Assembly (NCBI GenBank): GCA_051117315.1
Contig: JBNPEA010000045.1
Span: 4,842 to 68,841 of the forward strand
DNA: 64,000 nucleotides
Reading direction: 5' to 3'
Source of the DNA: Salinarimonas sp.
GTDB taxonomy: Bacteria > Pseudomonadota > Alphaproteobacteria > Rhizobiales > Beijerinckiaceae
Every line of letters begins with the position of its first letter. The stretch's first letter is position 1. Positions 52,884 through 62,165 of this stretch are shown here, one piece after another. The translations under genes were made by a program, and so were the position numbers. The notes below the pieces were generated by a model. The model was not told the origin of the DNA. It was given only the letters and a program-made list of their open reading frames with translations, and made no database searches.

Positions 52884-53966
52884 ATGCAAGGACTCGACGA
52901 CGAGGGCGGCCGGAAGCGCCGGGACGTGCGGATGGGCGCCCCGCGGCGCGCGCTTCGGAGTCTCGGGATCGTCGTCGCGGCCGTGGTGCTGCTCTCGGGG
53001 GGCGCAATGGTGGGGCTGCAGGCCGAGTCCGTCGTCGCATCGTGGAAATGGCGGTCGGTCGTCTCCGAGGTCGTCGCGGCGCCGCTGCCCGAGCTGGTGA
53101 CCGGTGCGACCGGTTACGCGCGCTCCGGCGACCTGCTGATCTGGTACGAGGCCATCCCGCCGCAGGGGGATCGTCAGGGCGTGGTCCTGCTGATGATGGG
53201 CATGGGCGACGACGCGCTGGGCTGGCCGCGGGCCTTCATCGACGCCTTTCTCGAGCGCGGCCACATGGTCGTGCGCTACGACCATCGCGGCACCGGCCTC
53301 TCCAGCTGGGACATCGCGGACACCCGCTTCACCCTGGAGGACATGGCCGGCGACGCGCGCGCCGTGCTCGACGCACTCGGGATCGCGCGCGCCCACGTCG
53401 TCGGCCACTCCATGGGCGGGATGGTCGCCCAGCAATTCGCGCTCTCCCATCCCGAGCGCACGGTGTCGCTCACCTCGATCGCCTCCTCCGCGAACGTGGC
53501 CGACGCGGAGATCCGGAAAGCCCCTCGCCTCATGCAGCTGCGGCTGATCTGGGCGTGGGCGTCGCACATCCTGCGCCGCGGCGGGGAGCGCAGCCTCGTC
53601 GGCGTGAAGCTCGCCGAGCGCCGCATCCTGACGGGGACGGGTCCGTGGGAGATCGACGTCCGCAGCCTCGCGCAGGCGGTGCTGTACAACGTGCGCAAGC
53701 GCCGCGGCTACAATCTGCGTGCGATGAGGCCGCACATGAACGCGATGGGCCGCTCCGGCTCGCGGCGCGAGGCGCTGGGCGCGCTCACGGTTCCGGCGCT
53801 CGTGATCCACGGCCGCGACGACCGGGCGATGGCGTTCGCCCACGGGGAGAAGACCGCGCGCGCGATCCCGGGCGCGCGGACCCTGTGGGTGGACGGCATG
53901 GGGCACGACATCCCCGATCCCCTGGCGGGCCCGTTCGCCGACGCGATCCTCGCGCTCGGGCGATGA
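52884..53966 (+). CDS. membrane-anchored alpha/beta-fold hydrolase
   Basis: One N-terminal TM helix ([19 protein letters not shown]), nucleophile elbow GHSMGG and a C-terminal GMGHD. The start could instead be the internal ATG at 52932. Confidence 0.8.
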   Translation: MQGLDDEGGRKRRDVRMGAPRRALRSLGIVVAAVVLLSGGAMVGLQAESVVASWKWRSVVSEVVAAPLPELVTGATGYARSGDLLIWYEAIPPQGDRQGVVLLMMGMGDDALGWPRAFIDAFLERGHMVVRYDHRGTGLSSWDIADTRFTLEDMAGDARAVLDALGIARAHVVGHSMGGMVAQQFALSHPERTVSLTSIASSANVADAEIRKAPRLMQLRLIWAWASHILRRGGERSLVGVKLAERRILTGTGPWEIDVRSLAQAVLYNVRKRRGYNLRAMRPHMNAMGRSGSRREALGALTVPALVIHGRDDRAMAFAHGEKTARAIPGARTLWVDGMGHDIPDPLAGPFADAILALGR

Positions 53967-53973
53967 CGGGCGC

Positions 53974-54933
53974 TCACCCGGCGCGGGCGCGCACGAAGCC
54001 GACGATCTCCCGCGTCACGTCCGCATCGTGGCCGAGCCAGATGTGACCGCCCGTCGGCCAGATCGTCGCCCGCGCCTGCGGGATGCGCGCGGCGAGGAGG
54101 CGGGCGGTGGCGGCGGTGCCGAACAGGTCGTCCTCGCAGGACAGGATCAGCGTCGGCACGGCGATGTGCTCGTAGGCGGTGGCCGACGGCGCGCCGGCGC
54201 GGACGGCGTCGTTGCGCAGGCCCTCGATCTTGCGACCGATGGGCGCGATCCCCTCCAGGATAAGCCCGGCGCGGCGCCGCTCCTCGGGTCCGACCTGGTC
54301 CAGCAGCGCCGGATCGGTCGCCAGCAGCGTGCAGATCATCTGTTCCGGCGCCATCGTGGAAAGCGCCCAGAATGCCGGGTCCGAGTCGAGCACGAGATCC
54401 ACGGCGATCCGCTGCAGGGCGGTGAGCGCCACCGGATCGCGCCCGGTCAGGTTCGCCGCCGGCACCAGGAGGACGAGGTGGGAGCAGCGACCCGGATGCC
54501 GCAGGGCGAATTCGGCCGCGCTCGGCGCGCCCGCCGAGCCGCCGACCACGGGCAGGCGCTCGATGCCGAGATGGTCGAGCAGCGCGACGAGCGCATCGGC
54601 CTGCCGCGCGGGCGACGCGTCCGGCGGAAAGGCGCTGCGCAGGTAGCCGAACCGCGAGGGCGCGACGACCGCAAAGCCGCTCTCGCGCAGGCCGTGGGCG
54701 AACAGGAGCCCCTGGTCGAAGCCGCCGCCGGTGCCGTGGATCATCATCAGCGGTGGACCGTGCCCGGCGACGGCGTATTCCACCCCACCGTCGCCCGTGT
54801 CGAGAACGCTGCTGCGCCGCGCGAGCCGGCTGTCGGCGGACCGTGTCGAGGCGCGATAAGCGCCCGCGGCGAATCCGCCGCCTGCGGCCGCGAGGGCGCC
54901 GATCCCGGCGAGCAGGGCGCGGCGCGCGATCAT
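53974..54933 (-). CDS. Tat-signal alpha/beta-fold hydrolase
   Basis: This is the C-terminal part of ORF 53974..55779. The ATG at the complement of 54931-54933 gives MIARRALLAGIGALAAAGGG. Also has MMIHGTGGG, GGSAGA and TGGHIW. Confidence 0.8.
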   Translation of the reverse strand: MIARRALLAGIGALAAAGGGFAAGAYRASTRSADSRLARRSSVLDTGDGGVEYAVAGHGPPLMMIHGTGGGFDQGLLFAHGLRESGFAVVAPSRFGYLRSAFPPDASPARQADALVALLDHLGIERLPVVGGSAGAPSAAEFALRHPGRCSHLVLLVPAANLTGRDPVALTALQRIAVDLVLDSDPAFWALSTMAPEQMICTLLATDPALLDQVGPEERRRAGLILEGIAPIGRKIEGLRNDAVRAGAPSATAYEHIAVPTLILSCEDDLFGTAATARLLAARIPQARATIWPTGGHIWLGHDADVTREIVGFVRARAG

Positions 54934-55775
54934 GCCGGCGGGCTCTTCGGGGGCACGACCACGGTCACCGCCCCTTGGCGGGAGAACATCGTGGCGCGGT
55001 TCCACCACACCACGACGATCGCCACGCCGACGAGGATCACCGTGTCCCAGGGCTGCGCGTCTGGCCAGAACGGGTTGATCAGCTGCCAGTGGAACAGCAT
55101 CGGCCAGAGCAGGCCGCCGCGCGACCGGTTGAGGATCGGTGTCGCCAGCACCGCCAGCGTCACGTTGCCGATGAAGAAGGGCAGGAAGCTCCAGTCGGCG
55201 TAGACCGTGCTCGACAGGAAGAACGCCGGCAGGTGCCACAATCCCCAGGTGGCGCCGATCAGCAGGCCCGCCCAGATCGGCGCCATGTGCCGCTGCAGGA
55301 TCGGCTGCGCGAGGCCGCGCCAGCCGAGTTCCTCGATCGGGCCGAGGAGGAGCATCATCAGCAGGAGCGCGACGAGCGGCCCCGCGCCCTCGGGCGGCGG
55401 CGGCGCCAGGACGGGGCCCCCCTCGATCAGCGATCCCGCGACGAAGACGAGCGGCAGGCCGACGAGGACGAAGGCCGCCCATCCCGGCGACGTCCGCCAG
55501 ATCAGGAGCCGCGACAGGAAGCGCCGCAGCCCGGCCACACCGGAATGGGCGAGCACGAGGGAGAGCGCCGCGATGGCCGGCGCCCACGTCGCGAGGAAGA
55601 ACAGCGGGTGCGACCCGCCGATCTCGCCGAACCAGGCCGCCGCCCGCTGCGGGGCGACGACGTAGACGCCGATGACGCTCCAGGTGATCAGGAACGTGAT
55701 CGCCACGAAGGCGAGGAGGCTGCGCGACGGGATCGAATCGCGATCGGCAATCGTCCTCGAGGAGGGCATCGACAC
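54930..55775 (-). CDS. CPBP-family (CAAX/Abi-type) intramembrane glutamic protease
   Basis: Polytopic membrane protein with LGPIEELGWRG (the EExxxR motif) and a later WGLWHLP. Its stop overlaps the downstream hydrolase start (ATGA). Confidence 0.75.
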   Translation of the reverse strand: MSMPSSRTIADRDSIPSRSLLAFVAITFLITWSVIGVYVVAPQRAAAWFGEIGGSHPLFFLATWAPAIAALSLVLAHSGVAGLRRFLSRLLIWRTSPGWAAFVLVGLPLVFVAGSLIEGGPVLAPPPPEGAGPLVALLLMMLLLGPIEELGWRGLAQPILQRHMAPIWAGLLIGATWGLWHLPAFFLSSTVYADWSFLPFFIGNVTLAVLATPILNRSRGGLLWPMLFHWQLINPFWPDAQPWDTVILVGVAIVVVWWNRATMFSRQGAVTVVVPPKSPPA

Positions 55776-55872
55776 TCACCCATGCAGGAGGTCCGGCTAT
55801 GGTCTCCCACCATAGGCCGTTCTCCCGGCGTGCGCCGTGACCTGGATCAGCCGGCGCGTCGAGAGGGGGTCA

Positions 55873-56805
55873 TCAGGTGCCCTGGTCCCGCCCGGGGCTC
55901 GTGCCGCGGAAGATGTTCGATTCGCCGATCATCCGCTCCAGCGCCGAGATGCGCTCCACGCTGGAGCGCGAGCTGCGGCTCTGCACCTCGGCGATGAGGC
56001 TCTCGACGAGGACGTTGATGGCGAGCGTCGAGTCCCAGCTCGACGGCACCTCCACGGCGCAGCGGAAGGTGTGCACGGCGCAGCGCTCGATCGGCGATCC
56101 CCACTGGTCGGTGAACAGCACGACCCGCGCGCCCTGCTTCACCGCGAGCCGCGCCAGCTTGTCGAGCTCGCGCTCGTAGCGGCGGATGTCGAAGCAGATC
56201 AAAGTCGAGGTCGCGTCCATGTCGAGCAGCGATTGCGGCCAGACGCTGGGCGAGCTGTCGAGCAGGAACACGCGCGGGCGGATGATCTGCAGGTGATTGT
56301 AGAAATAGTGCGCGTTCGAGCGCGTGATGCGCCCGCCGACGAGATGCAGCTGCTGCTCGGGCGCCGACAGCAGCGCCGCCACGCGGTCGAACTCCGCGAG
56401 GTCGATCTGCTCGAGCGTGCGGGCGATGTTCTCGAAGGCGGCCTTGGTGAAGCGCGAGAGGATGTGGTCGCGCGGCGCGTGCGGCTCGGCCATGTCGAGC
56501 TTGGCGAGCGGCTGCTTGATGCGCGCGGCGATCTCCTCGCGGATCGCGTCCTGCAGGCCGCCGTAGCCGTCGAAGCCGAGCTTGCGCGCGAGGCGGATGA
56601 CGGTGGGCGTCGACACCTCGGCGCTCTCCGCGAGCTTGGTGATGGACTGCAGCCCGCCCACGAGCGAGTCCTGGAGCAGCACCGCCGTGAGCCGGCGCTC
56701 GGCCGCCGTCAGCTCCGCCTGCTTCTCCTTCAGGATGTCCCGGACGAGTGGCTTCGTGCCCAAGAAATGTCCTTTCTGCTTCAGAGAAGGCAAGCGCTGA
56801 TGCAA
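55873..56805 (-). CDS. MurR/RpiR-family transcriptional regulator (HTH_6 + SIS)
   Basis: Contains LTAAERRLTAVLLQD...ITKLAESAEVSTPTVIRLARKLGFDGY and a C-terminal SIS-like half. The track start is a TTG. An alternative TTG at 56763 has an AAGGA upstream. Confidence 0.8.
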   Translation of the reverse strand: MHQRLPSLKQKGHFLGTKPLVRDILKEKQAELTAAERRLTAVLLQDSLVGGLQSITKLAESAEVSTPTVIRLARKLGFDGYGGLQDAIREEIAARIKQPLAKLDMAEPHAPRDHILSRFTKAAFENIARTLEQIDLAEFDRVAALLSAPEQQLHLVGGRITRSNAHYFYNHLQIIRPRVFLLDSSPSVWPQSLLDMDATSTLICFDIRRYERELDKLARLAVKQGARVVLFTDQWGSPIERCAVHTFRCAVEVPSSWDSTLAINVLVESLIAEVQSRSSRSSVERISALERMIGESNIFRGTSPGRDQGT

Positions 56806-56835
56806 TCGCTACAGAAACAAGCTTGACACGCCATG

Positions 56836-56863
56836 AGCTTGTGTAGTGAATTTTACACGAGCT
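56836..56863. promoter_or_regulatory. near-perfect palindrome AGCTTGTGTA-N8-TACACGAGCT overlapping a TTGACA -35-like hexamer (56823-56828)
   Basis: Read directly. It lies in the AT-richest stretch of the rpiR/FGase divergent region. Candidate RpiR operator, by inference. Confidence 0.45.
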
Positions 56864-56870
56864 TGGCAAG

Positions 56871-56900
56871 GGGCTCCCAAGAGGGCTCCCAAGAGGGCTT
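56871..56900 (+). repeat. 12-nt tandem repeat GGGCTCCCAAGA x2 plus a partial third unit
   Basis: Read directly. It lies upstream of the refined FGase start, so it is non-coding in my model. Confidence 0.6.
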
Positions 56901-56964
56901 GGACGGGTTCCCAGTAGGATCCTCCGGGCGCTCTGCGAGGGCCCGATCAGCGAGAGGCGGCGGC

Positions 56965-57741
56965 GTGGTGAAGGCGGGCTGGACACCGGTCGAGATCACG
57001 GGAACGGCCGGAGCCGCGCCCATCGTCCTGGTGTGCGAGCACGCCTCCTGCGCCATCCCCGCGGATCTCGACGGCCTCGGGCTCGATGCGCAGGCGCGCG
57101 AGGCCCACGTCGCCTGGGACATCGGCGCTGCGGCACTCGCGCGGCGGCTGTCGCAGCGGCTCGAGGCGCCGCTCGTGTCCGGCGCGCTCTCGCGGCTGGT
57201 CTACGACTGCAACCGCCCGCTCTCGGCGCCGGACTGCATCCCCGCGCGGAGCGAACGCTACGACATCCCGGGCAATCGCGACCTCGACGACGCGGCCCGC
57301 CGCGAGCGCTACGTGCGCGTCCACGAGCCCTTCCACGGGGCGCTGGAGGAGATCTGCCGGCGCCAGACGGCGCGCTGCGGCGAGACGATCAGCCTGATCA
57401 CGGTGCACAGCTTCACCCCGGTCTATCTCGGCGTACGCCGGTCGGTCGAGATCGGCTTCCTGCATCACGACGACCCGGCGCTGGCGCGCGCCGCGCTCGC
57501 CGCGGAGGCCGCGCGCGGGCGCTACCGCGCGGCGCTCGACGAGCCCTATGCCGCCTCCGACGGGGTGACCTACACCCTCGCCCGCCACGGCGAGGCCGAG
57601 GGCCGGCGCGCGGTGATGATCGAGGTCCGCAACGACCTGATCGCGACCGACGAGGCGGCCGAGCGGATGGGCGATCGTCTCGCGCAGACCCTGGCGCGCG
57701 CGCTCGCCGCGTCGATCCAGCCGGCGGGGGCGCCACGATGA
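56965..57741 (+). CDS. N-formylglutamate amidohydrolase (FGase/HutG-like) family amidohydrolase
   Basis: Start refined to the GTG at 56965, after GAGAGG. Contains IVLVCEHASCAIPADL, VAWDIGA, RLVYDCNRP, TVHSFTP and IEVRNDL. Confidence 0.8.
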   Translation: MVKAGWTPVEITGTAGAAPIVLVCEHASCAIPADLDGLGLDAQAREAHVAWDIGAAALARRLSQRLEAPLVSGALSRLVYDCNRPLSAPDCIPARSERYDIPGNRDLDDAARRERYVRVHEPFHGALEEICRRQTARCGETISLITVHSFTPVYLGVRRSVEIGFLHHDDPALARAALAAEAARGRYRAALDEPYAASDGVTYTLARHGEAEGRRAVMIEVRNDLIATDEAAERMGDRLAQTLARALAASIQPAGAPR

Positions 57742-58310
57742 GATGGCTGCGGGCCTACGTCGCGGTCGTCGACCGCTGCAATTACGCGATCGGGCGGGTG
57801 GTGATGCTCGGCCTCTTCGGCCTGATGGGCATCCTGCTCTGGTCCTCGATCTCGAAGACCTTCTTCCTGCCGTCGCTGTGGACGCTGGAAATGGCCCAGT
57901 TCGTGATGGTCGGCTACTTCATCCTGGGCGGGCCCTACGCCATGCAGATGGGCTCGAACGTGCGCATGGACCTGATCTACGGTGCGCTCTCGCCCCGGCG
58001 CAAGGCGCTGATGGACGTGCTCACCGTGGGCTTCCTGATCTTCTACCTCGGCGTCCTGCTCTGGGGCGGGATCGAGAGCACGACCTATTCCTTCTCCTTC
58101 GGCGGCGAGCGCTCGTCCTCCGCCTGGCGCCCGTACCTGTGGCCGATCAAGGTGACGATCTGCATCGGCGTCACGCTGATGCTGCTGCAGGCCTCGAGCG
58201 AGCTGGCCAAGGACGTCCTGTTCCTCGCCACCGGCGAGCCCATCCGCCACGAGGACGACGCGCCGGGCGCCCAGGCGCTCGGGAAGAAGGAGCCCGGCGA
58301 TGCCCTATGA
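57738..58310 (+). CDS. TRAP transporter small permease (DctQ-type)
   Basis: ATG at 57738 overlaps the FGase stop (ATGA). It is in the frame of ORF 57033..58310. MRWLRAYVAVVDRCNYAIGRVVMLGLFGLMGILLW, with four TM helices. Confidence 0.85.
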   Translation: MRWLRAYVAVVDRCNYAIGRVVMLGLFGLMGILLWSSISKTFFLPSLWTLEMAQFVMVGYFILGGPYAMQMGSNVRMDLIYGALSPRRKALMDVLTVGFLIFYLGVLLWGGIESTTYSFSFGGERSSSAWRPYLWPIKVTICIGVTLMLLQASSELAKDVLFLATGEPIRHEDDAPGAQALGKKEPGDAL

Positions 58311-59628
58311 GCTGATCGCCATCCTGATGTTCTCGACGATGATGCTGATGCTCTTCACGGGGCAGCGGGTCTTCGCGGCGATCGGCTTCGTGGCGGTGAT
58401 CGCGGCGATCCTGCTCTGGGGCGACCGCGGCGGCTATGATCTGGGCTTCTCCGCCATCATCAAGGTGATGCGCTGGTACCCGTTGCTGACGCTGCCGATG
58501 TTCATCTTCATGGGCTATGTCCTGTCGGAATCGAAGATCGCCGACGATCTCTACCGGATGTTCCACGTCTGGACCGGCGGCATGCCCGGCGGGCTGGCCA
58601 TGGGCACGATCGGGCTGATGGTGCTGATCTCGGCCATGAACGGGCTCTCGGTCGCCGGCATGGCCATCGGCGCGACGATCGCGCTGCCGGAGCTGCTCAA
58701 GCGCAACTACGACAAGCTGATGGTGACGGGGGTGATCCAGGCGGGATCGTCCTTGGGGATCCTGGTCCCGCCCTCGGTCGTGCTCGTGCTCTACGCCATG
58801 ATCGCCCGCCAGCCGGTGGGCCAGCTCTGGCTCGCGGGCGCGCTGCCCGGGCTGATGATGGCGGGGCTGTTCATCGTCTACATCGCCATCCGCTGCCGGC
58901 TGAACCCGAAGCTCGGCCCGACGCTCTCGCTCGAGGAGCGCGACGGGATCAGCCGGGCCGAGAAGCTGCGGCTCCTGCGCGCCGGCCTGCTGCCGCTCGG
59001 CATCTTCGCGATGATGATGGTGCCCTTCGTCAACGGCTGGACGAGCCTCGTCGAGAGCTCCGCGGTCGGCGCCATCGCCGCCCTCGTCGCCGCGATCCTG
59101 AAGCGACGCATGACCTGGGCCGTGCTCGAGACGAGCCTGCGCCAGACGCTGGGCATCACCTGCATGTTCATGTGGATCATCACCGCGGCGCTGGCCTTCG
59201 GGGCGGTGTTCGACGGGCTCGGTGCGGTGCGGGCGATCGACGATCTCTTCACCGACAGGCTCGGGCTGAACCCCTGGGTGATCCTCATCCTGATGCAGCT
59301 GAGCTTCCTGTTGATGGGCACGTTCCTCGACGACACCGCGATGCTGGTCATCGTGGCGCCGCTCTACGTGCCGCTGGTGGGGGCGCTCGGCTTCGATCTC
59401 GTCTGGTACGGCGTGCTCTACACGATCACCTGCCAGATCGCGTACATGACCCCGCCTTTCGGCTACAATCTCTTCCTGATGCGCGCGATGGCGCCGCCCG
59501 AGATCAAGCTCGGCGACATCTACCGCTCCATCATCCCCTTCGTCTTCATCATGATCCTGGCGCTCGCGCTGGTGATGATCTTTCCGCAGATCGCGCTCTG
59601 GCTCCCCGCCCAGGTCTACGGTCTGTGA
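58300..59628 (+). CDS. TRAP transporter large permease (DctM-type)
   Basis: A 442-aa polytopic protein that overlaps the small permease by 11 nt. Confidence 0.9.
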   Translation: MPYELIAILMFSTMMLMLFTGQRVFAAIGFVAVIAAILLWGDRGGYDLGFSAIIKVMRWYPLLTLPMFIFMGYVLSESKIADDLYRMFHVWTGGMPGGLAMGTIGLMVLISAMNGLSVAGMAIGATIALPELLKRNYDKLMVTGVIQAGSSLGILVPPSVVLVLYAMIARQPVGQLWLAGALPGLMMAGLFIVYIAIRCRLNPKLGPTLSLEERDGISRAEKLRLLRAGLLPLGIFAMMMVPFVNGWTSLVESSAVGAIAALVAAILKRRMTWAVLETSLRQTLGITCMFMWIITAALAFGAVFDGLGAVRAIDDLFTDRLGLNPWVILILMQLSFLLMGTFLDDTAMLVIVAPLYVPLVGALGFDLVWYGVLYTITCQIAYMTPPFGYNLFLMRAMAPPEIKLGDIYRSIIPFVFIMILALALVMIFPQIALWLPAQVYGL

Positions 59629-59688
59629 TCGCAACGAGCAGAGCTGGGGAAACCGGCCCGCCATGTCGAACCAGAGGAGAAGCCGACC

Positions 59689-60723
59689 ATGACCACACGA
59701 CGCAGATTCCTGACGGGCGCCGCCCTCGCCGCGCCCGCGACCCTCGCCGCTCCCGCGATCCTGCGGGCGCAGGAGACGATCCGCTGGCGCTTCCAGACCT
59801 ATGCCGGCGCGGCGCTCGGCGAGCAGGTGACCAAGCCCATCATCGACTACATCAACGCCGCCTCGAACGGCGAGATGCAGATCGAGCTGTTCTACGCCGA
59901 CCAGATCGTGCCCACGGGAGAGCTGTTCCAGGCGCTCCAGCGCGGCACCATCGACGGCGTGCATTCGGACGACGATTCGATGGCCTCGCCGACGCCGCTG
60001 CGCGTCTTCGGCGGCTACTTCCCCTTCGCCACGAAGCACATCCTCGACGTGCCGGTGCTGTTCAGCCAGTACGGCCTCGCCGAGATCTGGGACGAGGAAT
60101 ATGCCAAGGTCGGCGTGAAGTGGCTCTCCGCCGCCGGCCAGGACCCGTGCAACTTCAACACGACGAAGGAGATCACCTCGGTCGCCGACCTGCAGGGCCT
60201 GCGGCTCTACACCTTCCCCACCGCGGGGCGGTTCCTCAGCCGCTTCGGCGTCGTGCCGGTCAACATCCCCTACGAGGACGCCGAGGTCGCGGTGCAGACC
60301 GGCGAGCTCGACGGGATGGCCTGGTCGGGCATCACCGAGGACTACACCGTCGGGTGGGCGGACGTGACCGACTACTTCCTGACGAACAACATCTCGGGGG
60401 CATGGATCGGCTCCTTCTTCGTCAACCAGGAGCGCTGGGCCGAGCTGCCCGACCACCTCAAGCAGCTGGTCATGGCGGGCATCGAGGCGGGCCACACCTA
60501 CCGGAACCAGTGGTACTGGGGCGGCGAGGCACGGCTGCGGGCGACCGGCGACAAGCTGGCCCTGCGCACCGTCCCGGCCGAGGAGTGGGCCGAGGTGGAG
60601 AACGCCGCCAAGGAGTTCTGGAACGAGATCGCCGAGGAGGGCGAGACGCACGCCAAGATCGTCTCGATCTTCCGCGAGTACAATGAGGTCATCAACCAGG
60701 CCGGCCCGCCCTACACGTTCTGA
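59689..60723 (+). CDS. TRAP transporter periplasmic solute-binding protein with a Tat signal
   Basis: MTTRRRFLTGAALAAPATLAAPAILRAQ, followed by a DctP-superfamily fold pattern (FcbT1/COG4663-like subgroup, from memory). Confidence 0.85.
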   Translation: MTTRRRFLTGAALAAPATLAAPAILRAQETIRWRFQTYAGAALGEQVTKPIIDYINAASNGEMQIELFYADQIVPTGELFQALQRGTIDGVHSDDDSMASPTPLRVFGGYFPFATKHILDVPVLFSQYGLAEIWDEEYAKVGVKWLSAAGQDPCNFNTTKEITSVADLQGLRLYTFPTAGRFLSRFGVVPVNIPYEDAEVAVQTGELDGMAWSGITEDYTVGWADVTDYFLTNNISGAWIGSFFVNQERWAELPDHLKQLVMAGIEAGHTYRNQWYWGGEARLRATGDKLALRTVPAEEWAEVENAAKEFWNEIAEEGETHAKIVSIFREYNEVINQAGPPYTF

Positions 60724-60795
60724 TCCGGACCGCCCGACGAGACCGAGGGGCGGCCCCCGCGCGGGCCGCCCCTCCATCCGACAACGGAGCCTGCC

Positions 60796-62160
60796 ATGCC
60801 CGGAAACCTGACGCTCGAGACCCTCACCGAGAAGGCCGCCTCCGGCGAGATCGACACCGTGCTCGTCGCCATGGTGGACATGCAGGGCCGGCTGATGGGC
60901 AAGCGCTACCACGTGGCGAACTTCCTCGAGCACGGCCACCGCGAGACCCATTGCTGCAACTACCTGCTCGCCACCGACCTGGTGATGTCCACGCCCGACG
61001 GCTATGCCGCCACGAGCTGGGCCAAGGGCTACGGCGACTACGTCATGCGCCCGGACCCCGCGACGCTGCGCCTGCTGCCCTGGCTCCCGGGCACGGCGCT
61101 GGTGCTCTGCGACGTGCTCGACCACCACACCCACGCGCCGGTCCCCCACTCCCCCCGCGAGATGCTGCGCCGGCAGGCGGCCCGGCTCGAGGCCATGGGG
61201 CTCGAGGCGCTGATGGCGACCGAGCTCGAGTTCTTCCTGTTCGAGGGCGACTACCGCAGCCTGCAGAAGCGCGGCTATCGCGACCTCGTGCCGCTCAACG
61301 GCCACAACGAGGACTACAACCTGTTCCAGACCACCAAGGAAGAGGCCGTCATGCGCCCGCTGCGCAACCACCTGGTGGGCGCGGGCGTGCCGGTGGAGAA
61401 TTCCAAGGGCGAGGCCGAGACCGGCCAGCAGGAGCTCAACATCCGCTACTCCCCGGCACTCGACTGCGCCGACTACCACACGATCGCCAAGCATGCGGCG
61501 AAGGAGATCGCCTGGATGAACGGCTGCTCGGCGACCTTCCTGCCCAAGTGGGCGGCGAACAAGGTCGGCTCGTCGAGCCACGTGCACCTGTCGGTCTGGA
61601 AGGACGGCGAGCCGGCCTTCCATGACGCCAAGGCCGAGCACGGCATGTCGGCGCTGATGCGCAGCTTCACCGCCGGGCTCCTGGCCTACGCGCCCGACTA
61701 CACCGTCTTCCTCGCGCCCTACGTGAACAGCTACAAGCGCTTCGCGGCCGGCACCTTCGCACCGACCAAGGCCGTGTGGTCCGTCGACAACCGCACCGCG
61801 GGCTTCCGGCTGTGCGGGGAGGGGACCCGGGGCGTGCGCATGGAGTGCCGCATCGGCGGCTCCGACATGAACCCCTACCTCGCCCAGGCGGCGATGATCG
61901 CGGCCGGCATCAAGGGCATGGAGGAGGGCCTGACGCTCGCCGCGCCCTACCAGGGCGACGCCTACGCCAGCGGTGACGTCGAAGAGATCCCGCGCTCGCT
62001 GCGTGCCGCGATCGAGACGCTGCGCGGCTCGGCCATGCTGCGGGACGCCATGGGCGATGCGGTCGTCGATCACTATGTGCGCTGCGCGGAATGGGAACAG
62101 GAAGAGTTCGACCGCGCGGTGACCGACTGGGAAATCGAGCGGGGCTTCGAAAGAGCGTGA
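60796..62160 (+). CDS. glutamine synthetase-family gamma-glutamyl ligase (PuuA/GlnA-like paralogue)
   Basis: GS beta-grasp plus catalytic domain pattern: MATELEFFLF, ENSKGEAETGQQELNIRY, SSHVHLSVW, NSYKRF, VDNRTAGFRL. Confidence 0.85.
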   Translation: MPGNLTLETLTEKAASGEIDTVLVAMVDMQGRLMGKRYHVANFLEHGHRETHCCNYLLATDLVMSTPDGYAATSWAKGYGDYVMRPDPATLRLLPWLPGTALVLCDVLDHHTHAPVPHSPREMLRRQAARLEAMGLEALMATELEFFLFEGDYRSLQKRGYRDLVPLNGHNEDYNLFQTTKEEAVMRPLRNHLVGAGVPVENSKGEAETGQQELNIRYSPALDCADYHTIAKHAAKEIAWMNGCSATFLPKWAANKVGSSSHVHLSVWKDGEPAFHDAKAEHGMSALMRSFTAGLLAYAPDYTVFLAPYVNSYKRFAAGTFAPTKAVWSVDNRTAGFRLCGEGTRGVRMECRIGGSDMNPYLAQAAMIAAGIKGMEEGLTLAAPYQGDAYASGDVEEIPRSLRAAIETLRGSAMLRDAMGDAVVDHYVRCAEWEQEEFDRAVTDWEIERGFERA

Positions 62161-62165
62161 GTGTG

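Noticed and set aside
52631-55872. Genomic island integrated at tRNA-Ser.
   Set aside because: There is no integrase, recombinase or transposase. I could find no downstream direct repeat of the tRNA 3' end. The downstream genes have the same high GC and GC3 bias as the rest of the window.
56833-56964. Longer FGase ORF starting at the ATG at 56833, which would translate the 12-nt tandem repeat as GSQEGSQEG.
   Set aside because: FGase-family proteins start only ~20-30 residues before the conserved CEHAS motif. The ATG lies inside the AT-rich promoter/palindrome. The GTG at 56965 has a GAGAGG ribosome-binding site.
58171-62073. A 1300-aa uninterrupted antisense ORF opposite the TRAP and GS-like genes. 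Similar giants occur at 2985-5570, 3073-5613, 7943-10291, 8596-10914, 17511-20042, 27651-30980, 33577-36465 and 38167-40623.
   Set aside because: Their translations are Arg/Gly/Ala/Pro/Asp/His-rich low-complexity strings with no recognisable motifs. Each lies opposite or out of frame to a gene with clear family signatures. In DNA this GC-rich, stop codons are rare in all frames.
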